Assembly: GCA_963804995.1 (NCBI GenBank)
Contig: CAWDSK010000006.1
Span: 1,504,001 to 1,568,000, forward strand
Direction of reading: 5' to 3'
Origin: an uncultured Acidobacteriota bacterium
Lineage (GTDB): Bacteria; Acidobacteriota; Terriglobia; UBA7540
Length of the DNA stretch: 64,000 nt
Shown here: positions 29,580 through 41,626 of the stretch, piece by piece
Position numbering within the stretch: position 1 is the first letter of the stretch
Layout of the letters: every line of letters starts with the position of its first letter
Notes under the pieces: generated by a model
Told to the model about the DNA's origin: nothing
The model's input: only the letters and a program-made list of their open reading frames with translations
Databases searched by the model: none
Program-made: the position numbers and the translations under genes

Positions 29580-30266
29580 ATGAAACGGTACGGTGAGCAT
29601 CGCTTTCCCGGCAAGCTCTTTGTGGTTGAGGGAATCGATGGCTCAGGAAAATCCACCCAGCTCATGCTTTTACACCAGTGGCTGCAAGGGGAAGGCTACG
29701 GAGTGGTGTTTAGCGAATGGAACTCCTCACCGCTGGTCCGCGAGACGACCAAGCGGGGCAAGAAGAAGCAAATGCTTACCCCCGCGACCTTCTCCTTGAT
29801 TCACGCCACCGATTTCGCCGACCGCATGGAGCACAACATCCTTCCCTTGCTGAAGGCGGGCGCTGTGGTGTTGTGTGACCGATACATTTACACCGCCTTT
29901 GCGCGTGATGTGGTGCGCGGCATGGACCCCCTGTGGGTGCGCGAGCTTTATAGCTTCGCCGTCAAACCCACCGCGGCCTTTTACTTCCGCGTGCCGCTGG
30001 ATGTGGCCATGAAGCGGATTCTGGATGGGCGCAGCAGCGGCGTCAAGTTCTACGAGGCCGGATTGGATCTGGGCCTGAGCGGAGATTCTGAAGAGAGTTT
30101 CCGCATCTTTCAGGGCCGCATCCTCGACGAATACGAAAAAATGGTTCCGGAGTACGACCTGACCACCATCGACGCCACCCTTCCCATCGAAGAACAGCAG
30201 GTGGAGATGCGTGGGATCGTGAAGGCCAAACTGGCGCAAGCGAAGAGACTGAGGGTAGCGCCGTGA
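29580..30266 (+). CDS. Thymidylate-kinase-like protein A (candidate catalytic subunit of a heteromeric polyphosphate kinase)
   Basis: P-loop EGIDGSGKST and 'DRYIY'; lacks the canonical Tmk TREPG and SxxAYQ motifs. Confidence 0.8.
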   Translation: MKRYGEHRFPGKLFVVEGIDGSGKSTQLMLLHQWLQGEGYGVVFSEWNSSPLVRETTKRGKKKQMLTPATFSLIHATDFADRMEHNILPLLKAGAVVLCDRYIYTAFARDVVRGMDPLWVRELYSFAVKPTAAFYFRVPLDVAMKRILDGRSSGVKFYEAGLDLGLSGDSEESFRIFQGRILDEYEKMVPEYDLTTIDATLPIEEQQVEMRGIVKAKLAQAKRLRVAP

Positions 30267-31120
30267 GAGAAACGTATGGGGTCGCCCTGCCCGGCATGAA
30301 CCTGGCGGAAATGACCGGTAAGTTGATCGTTGTCGAGGGCACCGACGGGGTAGGCCGCTCGACGCAGATCCGCCTCCTGCGGCCATGGCTCGAGCAGCAG
30401 GGCCGCGCCGTGCTGGATACCGCCATCAAACGGTCCGAGCTGGCTGGAAGGGGGATCCAGCAGGCGAAGGAAGGACACACCCTGGGGCGCCTCACCTTGA
30501 GCCTGTTCTACGCCACGGATTTTGCCGACCGGCTCGAACACGAAATCATTCCCGCGCTGCGGGCGGGATTCGTCGTGTTGACGGACCGCTACATCTATTC
30601 CCTGATGGCACGCGCCATCGTGCGGGGGGCCGACCCCGCCTGGATTCGCAGCGCCTACAGCTTTGCACTGAAGCCGGACGCGACCTTCTATCTGCGCATC
30701 GGCGTGGACGACCTGATTCCGCGGGTCGTGTTTTCGCGCGGCTTCGACTTCTGGGAATCCGGCATGGACATTCATCCCAGCGAGGACATGTACGACAGTT
30801 TCCGGAAGTACCAGACGGAGCTGCTGGGTGAATTTGAGAATCTGGCAAAGGAATACAACTTCGAAGTGATTGACGCTTCAGCCGACGTGCGCATCGTGTT
30901 TGAGCGCCTGCGCGCCGGAATCGCCCGGGTGTTGAGCGGAGAGCCTCGTGAGCCGCTGTTCTCCGTGCCGTCCCCAACCGTGGAAGCAAGTGCGGAGGCG
31001 CCCTTGAAGAAAGTGCTGGAAATGCCCGCCCCGGCAAAGCCCGTGATTTCTGCTGAAGAGGAAACTCCGCCCGTGGCTCAGGCTTTGGCGAAGAGCGCGG
31101 AAGGCGATTCAAGCAGGTAG
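30263..31120 (+). CDS. Thymidylate-kinase-like protein B (variant P-loop)
   Basis: EGTDGVGRST (Lys to Arg), 'ATDFADRLEH', 'DRYIYS'; GTGA-coupled to gene A. Confidence 0.8.
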   Translation: MRETYGVALPGMNLAEMTGKLIVVEGTDGVGRSTQIRLLRPWLEQQGRAVLDTAIKRSELAGRGIQQAKEGHTLGRLTLSLFYATDFADRLEHEIIPALRAGFVVLTDRYIYSLMARAIVRGADPAWIRSAYSFALKPDATFYLRIGVDDLIPRVVFSRGFDFWESGMDIHPSEDMYDSFRKYQTELLGEFENLAKEYNFEVIDASADVRIVFERLRAGIARVLSGEPREPLFSVPSPTVEASAEAPLKKVLEMPAPAKPVISAEEETPPVAQALAKSAEGDSSR

Positions 31121-32127
31121 GAAACCCACTCCTTCAATTTGCGCATTTCGTGGGATTCCTGCGACATGCGGAAGTACTTTTCTTCGAACCCCACCTTGTT
31201 GACCCGATTGCGCAAAATCAGCTTTTCGATTTCCATGGCGAGGGGCACGTGCGCGCGCAGGAATTCCGGCCGGGCGAGCATTTCGATCATCATCTGCTCC
31301 AGCACTTCCAGGTCGTGCCATTCCCCCAACTGCCGCTGAAGCTGGCGGAGCCACGCCAGGGCATCGGCGCTGCCGGCCACTTTGAAGTCGTAGAGGACCT
31401 CCAGTAAATAGCGCAGCCGCTTGGTGGCAAGGCGCGCGCCATGGATCACGGCCGGGCGCGTGTCGCGATGCGAGAGCATGACCTGATCTTCAAAAGCGTC
31501 CCATAGGGGATGGAGCGCCTGCCGGAGCTGCTTTTGGAATACGGGGCGGTCCGCGAGCGTAGCCTGGTGATGGCGCTCGGCGACGTATTCGTGTGTCTTC
31601 TCGCGGGCCAGGAATTCCTTCAGGTTCACATAGAAGATGGCGAGGTTCATCTTGCTGATTTTTCGCGTGGCGCGGTGGAAGCAATCAGACCGGCGAGCCT
31701 GCAAGTATTGCTGCACGCCCGTCCAGGCCTCGCGGCGCGCGGCGCGTTTCCGGGCGAGCGAGCGGTCCACATGTTCCAGCAAAACGTCGCAGTTGCGGAT
31801 GTCTCCCAGGAGTTGGCGGCAGCCGCGAATCTGGCGGCGCAGCTTGCGAAGTTCTTGCGGCCGGGGCTTGGGATAGAGGAGATCGAGCACCTGCTGCAAC
31901 CGGCGGCTGGCCACGCGCATGTCGTGGATGGCGTCGGGATCGTCGCCTCTTAATACCTTGGGCTCGTAGGCCATGAAGCGATTGAGTTGGCGCAGAGCCA
32001 GTTCTCGAACTTTTTTCCAAGCCAGGGGGTCGGGGATAATTGCTGGGGCCGCGGGGACCGGCCGCAGGGGGCGCGGGTCCGGCTCGACCACTACGGGTAT
32101 ACGAATTTCTCTCGCTTCGTTGTCCAT
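31078..32127 (-). CDS. CHAD domain protein (polyphosphate-binding)
   Basis: 'AIHDMRVASRRL', 'LGDIRNCDV', 'IHGARLATKRLRY', 'LGEWHDLEV'. Confidence 0.9.
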   Translation of the reverse strand: MDNEAREIRIPVVVEPDPRPLRPVPAAPAIIPDPLAWKKVRELALRQLNRFMAYEPKVLRGDDPDAIHDMRVASRRLQQVLDLLYPKPRPQELRKLRRQIRGCRQLLGDIRNCDVLLEHVDRSLARKRAARREAWTGVQQYLQARRSDCFHRATRKISKMNLAIFYVNLKEFLAREKTHEYVAERHHQATLADRPVFQKQLRQALHPLWDAFEDQVMLSHRDTRPAVIHGARLATKRLRYLLEVLYDFKVAGSADALAWLRQLQRQLGEWHDLEVLEQMMIEMLARPEFLRAHVPLAMEIEKLILRNRVNKVGFEEKYFRMSQESHEMRKLKEWVSYLLESPSALFAKA

Positions 32128-32431
32128 CGCAGACGCCTTACGCCATCTGGGCGCGGGGAATACCTTACCCGCTCAGCGCGCTTCGAGGCGCCTCGCTGGG
32201 GGTACAAGCTCCCCAGAAGAAAGCTCAGATTTAAGAAGACCATAGTGTACCGCGCGAGCGGCTGACTTACAACTGCTTGTAGGGGGTGTTGCCAGAGTGT
32301 AGCCGCCCGTGATTGGGGTTTGTGGGTTTTGCAAAGGAAGAACCGCGGACCCCAAATGCGGGGGACCGCGCTACGAACATGTCCCGGCGCTCGTGTCAGG
32401 ATGGTTTAGTACGGGAAGGGCGCAAGATTGT

Positions 32432-32567
32432 GTAGCGCAGACCTCCGCCGTTGAGGTCTGCGGCTCTTCGTGTGCCATTTGAGCGAAGGCGGCGTGGCGA
32501 AGAACCGAGAGTGGCGCAGATTTTCAAACGAAGTACCGCGGACCCCAAAACCGGGGGACCGCGCTAC
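32432..32567 (+). repeat. 136-bp GTAG...CTAC REP-doublet (REPIN-like) element
   Basis: Two inverted hairpins; other copies at 36210-36345, 32602-32607+34521-34662 (split by the intron) and partial 32338-32374. Confidence 0.85.
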
Positions 32568-32607
32568 ACTTGATGCTAACGATGCGGAGGAAGCAAACGT
32601 CGTAGCG

Positions 32608-34520
32608 GTTGCGGTAGGGATACCGGTTACCCGGTACCCCCCGCACGGATCCGTACGTGCGCTGGTTAGCGCATACGGCTCTTATCTCGGATGTGTGGCG
32701 GCGAACCGTTGGGCTGGCCAAGGATGCACAACGTGCGGAGCAGGCAACCAGCAGGCCGCAAGCTTCCCCAGTCGGTCCCAGTTGAGGCGGTGGCGTTGAC
32801 TGCGTTGACGCAGTTGTGTTCGCCACAGTCGGGTCAACCGTTCCCGAAAGATTCGCAGGCGGTCGAGGTTTCCCGGTACCGCGTGATAGTTGAAGTAGCC
32901 TTGCACGACCGACCGGAGCCATTTACCCGTATCCGCGATGGGATCGTGCCGACGCTGCCGGAGTTGTTGCTTGAGTTCCTGCAACTTCCCCCGCAGGCGC
33001 TTGCTGATCGTCTTCCGCTTCACGGTAAATTGCCCCCTCCGGTTCTTCCCGCTGATATGCGTGAAGCCCAGAAAGTCGAACGTCTCCGGCTTACCTTCTC
33101 CTCTCCGTTTCCGGTAAAGTTCGGCAAACGGCCCGAACTCGATCCGGCGCGTTTTGTCAGGATGCAGTTCCAATCCAAACTTCCCCACCCGCTCCCGGAA
33201 ATCCTCCAGAAAGCGGTCGGCTTCCGTCTGCGATTGGAATCCAAGGACCGTATCGTCGGCATACCGCACCACGACCACGTCTCCCCGGGCGTGCTTCTTG
33301 CGCCACGCCTGCACCCACAGGTCAAAGACGTAGTGCAGATAGATATTCGCCAGCAGGGGCGAGACCACCGCCCCTTGTGGCGTACCCATCTCCGTCTCCG
33401 ACCATTCGCCTTCCTCCCTCACCCCGGCTTTCAGCCATTTCTGGATGAGCCGGAGAATCCGGGGGTCGGCGACGCGATGCTGCACGAACTTGAGCATCCA
33501 TTCGTGGGATATCGAATCGAAAAATCCACGAATGTCCGCGTCAAGAACGTAGTTCACGTGCTTCACCGTGAGCGCGTACGAGAGCGCGTCCAGCGCTTGA
33601 TGCTGGCTGCATCCCGGTCGAAAGCCATACGAGAAGCCCAGAAAGTCTTCCTCGTAAATCGCCTTGAGGATGGTGACCACGGCCTGTTGGACGATCTTGT
33701 CCTCCAGTGCCGCAACCCCCAACGGACGTTGCCGCCCGTCGCCTTTCGGGATATACGCCCTTCGCGAGGGCTTCGCTCGGAATGCTCCGCGGTGGACCCG
33801 GCTGTGCAGATCGACGAGTCGACCTTCCAGCCCGCTTTCATACTCCTGCCACGTCATGCCGTCTACTCCCGGTGCAGCTTTTCGCTTCAAGGCGTAAAAG
33901 CTTTCCCGCAGCAGATCGACCGTTAAGTGGTGGAGCAAGGCCGTGAACTTCATCTCCCTGTGTTCCTTCGCGGCTTTCCGCACACCCGCGAGTCCCTGGG
34001 ACACGCGTGCCCCGCTCTGTGTCGGGTGCGTGTTAGGCCAACGGGTGTTCTCCTTGATCAGCGGCCTTCCCTCCTCATTCTCCGCCAACGGCTTCCCGTC
34101 TTTGTTCAAATGATTCATCGGTACTGTTCCGCTGTCCGACTCCTCGAAAGCGTGCAGGCGGGCTGTACGGCCATCGCCTTTTCCCGCCGTCCGGCCACGA
34201 TCTACGGCGGCCGGCGCCTCCGAGGTCTCCCGGTTCTCGTGCAGAAAGTGTCTAGGCGTGTCTGGGGTCTACGACTACGCAGGACTGTGCCGGAACTCGC
34301 GTTGGCGTCCCGGCCTCATGTTGCCTTCCGTTTAGTCTGAAAACGTCGGCGTCCTGATTGGACATTTTCGAAGCTCAATACCCAGCCCACCTATTCCCCT
34401 GTTTACGCTTCACCGTGCGCCTCACGACGCCCAGCGCAAAACTCGGGGCCGAGTGGATCGCTACTCCTTCCTCGTGAGAAATTTTCATTCTCTGCTTTCT
34501 GCCGGTTTATCCCGGCGCAC
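32608..34520 (-). mobile_element. Group II intron (1913 nt, class E-like by resemblance)
   Basis: 5' GTGCG at 34520; domain V GAGCCGTATGCG...CACGTACGGATC and domain VI ending ...CCCTACCGCAAC at 32608; flanks rejoin to an intact repeat. Confidence 0.93.
32682..34118 (-). CDS. ltrA: Group II intron reverse transcriptase/maturase, no endonuclease domain
   Basis: 'APGVDG', 'YIPK.DGRQRPLG', 'GFRPG', 'GTPQG', 'YADD', 'FDFLGF'. Confidence 0.95.
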   Translation of the reverse strand: MNHLNKDGKPLAENEEGRPLIKENTRWPNTHPTQSGARVSQGLAGVRKAAKEHREMKFTALLHHLTVDLLRESFYALKRKAAPGVDGMTWQEYESGLEGRLVDLHSRVHRGAFRAKPSRRAYIPKGDGRQRPLGVAALEDKIVQQAVVTILKAIYEEDFLGFSYGFRPGCSQHQALDALSYALTVKHVNYVLDADIRGFFDSISHEWMLKFVQHRVADPRILRLIQKWLKAGVREEGEWSETEMGTPQGAVVSPLLANIYLHYVFDLWVQAWRKKHARGDVVVVRYADDTVLGFQSQTEADRFLEDFRERVGKFGLELHPDKTRRIEFGPFAELYRKRRGEGKPETFDFLGFTHISGKNRRGQFTVKRKTISKRLRGKLQELKQQLRQRRHDPIADTGKWLRSVVQGYFNYHAVPGNLDRLRIFRERLTRLWRTQLRQRSQRHRLNWDRLGKLAACWLPAPHVVHPWPAQRFAATHPR

Positions 34521-34743
34521 CAGACCTCCGCCGTTGAGGTCTGCGGTTTTTCGTGTGCCAATTGAGCGAACGTATCGTGGCGAAGCAGGCCGCCAGGGTT
34601 CGGAATTTGAAGAATTTTTAAAACGAAGAACCGCGGACCCCAAAACCGGGGGTCCGCGCTACGAAACATGCCTACGCTTGCTGCTCGCAATGGGTCAAGA
34701 ACGGTAATACCATACTCATGTGACGTCCCCGGGGGCTCCTAGC

Positions 34744-36192
34744 ATGAAGGTCTGCCCGAAGTGCAAAAATACCTATAGGGATGGCTTTGGTTACTGCTTG
34801 CGCGACGGTTCTGCCCTCCAGAAGGTGATCGAGGAGATCACAGCCGCCGAAGAAACTACTTCGCAAGACCTCCGACCGATCCAGCTTGCCTTGCTCGACA
34901 CCGCTCCCTCCAAATCCAGTGCGCTGCTTCCTACCCAGCGCGCCGGTGCGGATGTGCAGCTTGCCAGGCAGCACTTCGAGCGTGGGAAGCAACTAGACCA
35001 GCAACATGATTGGGAGGACGCCGAGGCCGAATACCACGAAGCGATCCGGCTGGATCCCGATTGCTTTGAGGCACACTATGAACTTGCCGAGCGGTTCCGT
35101 GGGATGGAGCTTTGGGACGACGCGATTCCGGAGTTTCGCGAGGCAATCCGGCTGAAACCCAATGACGCGCAGATCCTCAACGAGTTCGCCGATATGGTTT
35201 TAGAGAACGGCTTGCGCGGCCAAGTCGACGTTTTTCGCGCGTTTGCACGGCTGAAACCCGATGACCCCGATGCGCATTTCTACCTTGCCGGGGCGCTTTC
35301 CATCGAACATGACTTGGATGGGGCCATAGCCCAGTATCGCGAGGCGATCCGGCTGAAGCCTGACAACATCGGTTTGCACTTCATTCTGGCTCGCACCTTG
35401 AAAAACAAAGGAGATTTGGACGGTGCGATAGGTGCCTACCGCGAAATGGTTCGGCTGAAGCCTGATATGGAATTTACCCACTCCGAACTCGCGAGGGCGC
35501 TCCGCGACAAGAGAGACCGGGACGGTGCGATTGCCGAGTATCGCGAGGCCATCCGGCTGAAGCCTGATGCGCAGGAGAACCACATCATCCTCGGAGACCT
35601 ACTTTGCGAGAGGGGGGACCTGGCCGATGCGACTGCCGCGTATCGTGAGGCGGTTCGTCTGAAACCCATTGACGCCCAGGCGCGCATGGCACTCGCCTCA
35701 AACCTGGCGGCCAGATTGTACTATGACGAGGCGACTGCTGAGTACCTGGAAGCGATCCGGCTGAAACCCGATGACGCGCAGGTCCACTACGCGTTCGCCT
35801 CCATGCTGCGCGATGAACATATGGACGGCGCGGCTGCCGAGTTTCGCGAGGTGGTCCGCCTGAAACCCGGAGAGGCTGACGCCCATAAGGACCTTGCGTG
35901 GGCGCTTTTAGAAGAGATGGACTTGGACGGCGCGATTGCCGAGTTACGCGAGGCGATTCGGCTGATGCCGGGTGAGGCATGGCTACACCACTCCTTGGGA
36001 AAGGTGCTTTGCGACAAAGGCAACTTGGACGGTGCGATAGCCGAATATCGCGAGGTGATCCGATTGGAGCCTGATAACGGTGAGACGCACTCTGAACTTG
36101 CCAAGCTTCTGGCGAGGAATTGGCAGGTGTTTGCCGCGATTGCCGAGTATCTCAAAGCGATCTGGCGGAAGCGGCGGCGGAAAAACGCCTAG
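34744..36192 (+). CDS. Zn-ribbon plus multi-TPR protein
   Basis: N-terminal CPKC...CLRDG; about 11 repeats of 'AIAEYREAIRLKPD'. Confidence 0.9.
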   Translation: MKVCPKCKNTYRDGFGYCLRDGSALQKVIEEITAAEETTSQDLRPIQLALLDTAPSKSSALLPTQRAGADVQLARQHFERGKQLDQQHDWEDAEAEYHEAIRLDPDCFEAHYELAERFRGMELWDDAIPEFREAIRLKPNDAQILNEFADMVLENGLRGQVDVFRAFARLKPDDPDAHFYLAGALSIEHDLDGAIAQYREAIRLKPDNIGLHFILARTLKNKGDLDGAIGAYREMVRLKPDMEFTHSELARALRDKRDRDGAIAEYREAIRLKPDAQENHIILGDLLCERGDLADATAAYREAVRLKPIDAQARMALASNLAARLYYDEATAEYLEAIRLKPDDAQVHYAFASMLRDEHMDGAAAEFREVVRLKPGEADAHKDLAWALLEEMDLDGAIAELREAIRLMPGEAWLHHSLGKVLCDKGNLDGAIAEYREVIRLEPDNGETHSELAKLLARNWQVFAAIAEYLKAIWRKRRRKNA

Positions 36193-36209
36193 AAATTGTT
36201 GTCTTGAGA

Positions 36210-36345
36210 GTAGCGCAGACCTCCGCCGTTGAGGTCTGCGGCTCTTCGTGTGCCATTTGAGCGAAGGCGGCGTGGCGAAGAACCGAGAGTGACGCAGATT
36301 TTCAAACGAAGTACCGCGGACCCCAAAAACGGGGGACCGCGCTAC
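36210..36345 (+). repeat. 136-bp REP-doublet element, unoccupied intron target
   Basis: Nearly identical to 32432-32567. Confidence 0.85.
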
Positions 36346-36375
36346 GAACCGTGTCTACGCTTGCTTTTGTGTATC

Positions 36376-36555
36376 ATGACCAAAGTCGAATTTACGTCAT
36401 TTGTAGAACGAACATTGGAAGACGGGACCCCGATAATTGTGGCGATCGTCGCCGGGTATAGTCCCCGTCCATTTCAGAAGAACTGGACTGGGAGGGATGG
36501 ACCCTTCGTGTTCATTATTGGCCAACCGTTTTTGGATAAGCTCAGGGGGAAGTAG
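36376..36555 (+). other. Short ORF, possible gene remnant between two REP elements
   Basis: 59 aa MTKVEFTSFVERTLEDGTPII...; protein-like composition; its stop codon is supplied by the next GTAG repeat. Confidence 0.35.
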
Positions 36556-36726
36556 AGGCGGCGGCATTCATCCCGATCAGATCGGGACGCCGCCATATGG
36601 CGAGGTAAACTCGCCGCTACAACATCAGATCGACCCCCTCCACCACCTTCACCTTCCTTGTCAACTCCCGCACAGGGCCGTACAATAGTAAGGTTGGAGT
36701 ATTGGGCCAGAAGAAATATATAGACT

Positions 36727-39975
<3,249 letters not shown>

Positions 39976-40090
39976 CCTTACGCCCTGCGCTTCGGGTTCG
40001 CTCGAAACATAGGCGCGAAACCCAGGCCAGGGTTACAATTCTAACCACTAACTGAAATAGAATCCTCTGTCACACTCGGAGAAACCCGCG

Positions 40091-40636
40091 ATGAGCATCG
40101 AGGAACTGCACGAAATGGAAGAGAACGCCGAGCACGGCGCGCACGACCCATCGCTTGTGCCTGTGACCTTTACCATGGCCCTGCTGGCGGTCGTACTGGC
40201 GGCAACTTCATTGCTGGGCCACCGCGCCCACACGGAAGAATTGCTATTTCAAAACAAGGCGACAGACCAGTGGGCGTATTACCAGGCGAAGAATATCCGC
40301 CAGCATACCTATGAGCTGTTTCTCGATCTTCTTACCGTTACTCCGGTGAAGGATGCGACGCAGGCCGATCAGTTGAAGGAGAAGTACTCGAAGCAAGTGG
40401 GGCGTTACCAGGAAGACCTGAAGGAGATTCAAACGGAAGCGCGCGGGCTCGAAACCGAAGTTCAAATGGAACAACGCAGGGCGAATCGCTTCGACCTGGG
40501 TGAAGTCTGCTTGGAAGCCGCGATCGTGATAGCCTCGCTCACCCTCCTAACCAAGCGGCGGATGTTCTGGCAGTTGGGAATCGGGATGGGAGTACTCGGC
40601 CTGGGGGTAGCTCTGACCGGATTCCTGGTTCACTGA
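40091..40636 (+). CDS. DUF4337-like membrane protein
   Basis: 'ATDQWAYYQAKNIR', TM helices flanking a coiled coil. Confidence 0.75.
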   Translation: MSIEELHEMEENAEHGAHDPSLVPVTFTMALLAVVLAATSLLGHRAHTEELLFQNKATDQWAYYQAKNIRQHTYELFLDLLTVTPVKDATQADQLKEKYSKQVGRYQEDLKEIQTEARGLETEVQMEQRRANRFDLGEVCLEAAIVIASLTLLTKRRMFWQLGIGMGVLGLGVALTGFLVH

Positions 40637-40678
40637 AATCACAGCAGTGCCTCGGCGTATCCTGAGGTTCGAATCCCG

Positions 40679-41527
40679 CTACGGCCCCGCGGACCCGTCG
40701 ACAAAATCCTTGAGACAAGCCAGATAACTTTTGCCACCCATGTCGAGGACATCGTTGTGGCCGGCGCCTTCGATGGAATAGAAACGCTTGGGCTCGGGCG
40801 CGGCAGCGAATAAGCTCCGGCCCATTGCGAAGGGCACCACTTCATCCCGCGTGCCGTGGGCGATCAGGATAGGGGCGCGCACCTTGCGAATTTGCTCGAG
40901 CGAATCGAAACGCGACTTCGGCACGTATTCAATGAGCGGAATCCCGAACATGCGCCGGGTCATGGCGCGCGCGTTCGAGAACGAGCTCTGGACGATCAGG
41001 CCTCCACAGGGCCGGCGAGCCGCCAGGTTGATGGCCACGGCGCCACCGAGCGAAACTCCATAAATGAAAATATCCTGAGCACGGATTTGCCGCTGCTTCA
41101 CCAGGTAGTCATGGGCGGCATCGGCGTCGTGGTACACCCCTGCTTCATTCGGCGTGCCTTCGCTCTTACCGTAACCCCGGTAATCAACGGCCAGGATGTT
41201 CACTCCGATCTGCGAAAGCATTTTCATTTGGGGAAGGCCGTAGCCAATGTTTTCTGCGTTCCCATGAAACCAGAGCAGAACTTTTGGGGAGGATGAATTT
41301 GCGTAGTAGAAGGCGTTGATCCGCACGCCATCCTCCGTGGTCAGCCAAACGTCCTCCACGGGGATGGCATGATTCGCGAGTGCCGCAAATCCGTCGGGGT
41401 AGCGCGGGGGAAAATAGATGAGCCGATTCTCAACGACTCGGATGGTGACGACAACCAGCAGGATTCCGGCTGCGGCTGCGATCAGGACCAGCATCAGAAG
41501 TCTCTTCACCTTGGTGCCGCTCGGCAT
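40679..41527 (-). CDS. Alpha/beta hydrolase (ABHD13/Bem46-like)
   Basis: 'FHGNAEN', 'DYRGYG.S.G', GxSxG 'GVSLGG', 'HGTRDEVV', 'GAGHND'. Confidence 0.9.
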   Translation of the reverse strand: MPSGTKVKRLLMLVLIAAAAGILLVVVTIRVVENRLIYFPPRYPDGFAALANHAIPVEDVWLTTEDGVRINAFYYANSSSPKVLLWFHGNAENIGYGLPQMKMLSQIGVNILAVDYRGYGKSEGTPNEAGVYHDADAAHDYLVKQRQIRAQDIFIYGVSLGGAVAINLAARRPCGGLIVQSSFSNARAMTRRMFGIPLIEYVPKSRFDSLEQIRKVRAPILIAHGTRDEVVPFAMGRSLFAAAPEPKRFYSIEGAGHNDVLDMGGKSYLACLKDFVDGSAGP

Positions 41528-41626
41528 TCCTAGGAAGGCGCTGGGGACTGGGCTACGGTTCTGGGGGCGGGGATTCGAGGTTTGGCGATTCCCTAAACCC
41601 TAGCTCCCAACCCCCAGTCCCTGAGG

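Noticed and set aside
29580..31120. Calling these genes canonical tmk
   Set aside because: Tmk-specific motifs are missing, the genes are paired, and the context is CHAD
32338..32607. Repeat-spacer pattern as a CRISPR array
   Set aside because: Units are ~136-bp REP doublets with irregular spacers, and there are no cas genes
32691..33926. 411-aa plus-strand ORF (likewise 37429-38745 and 52825-53982)
   Set aside because: Antisense shadows of the RT, secA and the IS1634 transposase, as expected in GC-rich DNA
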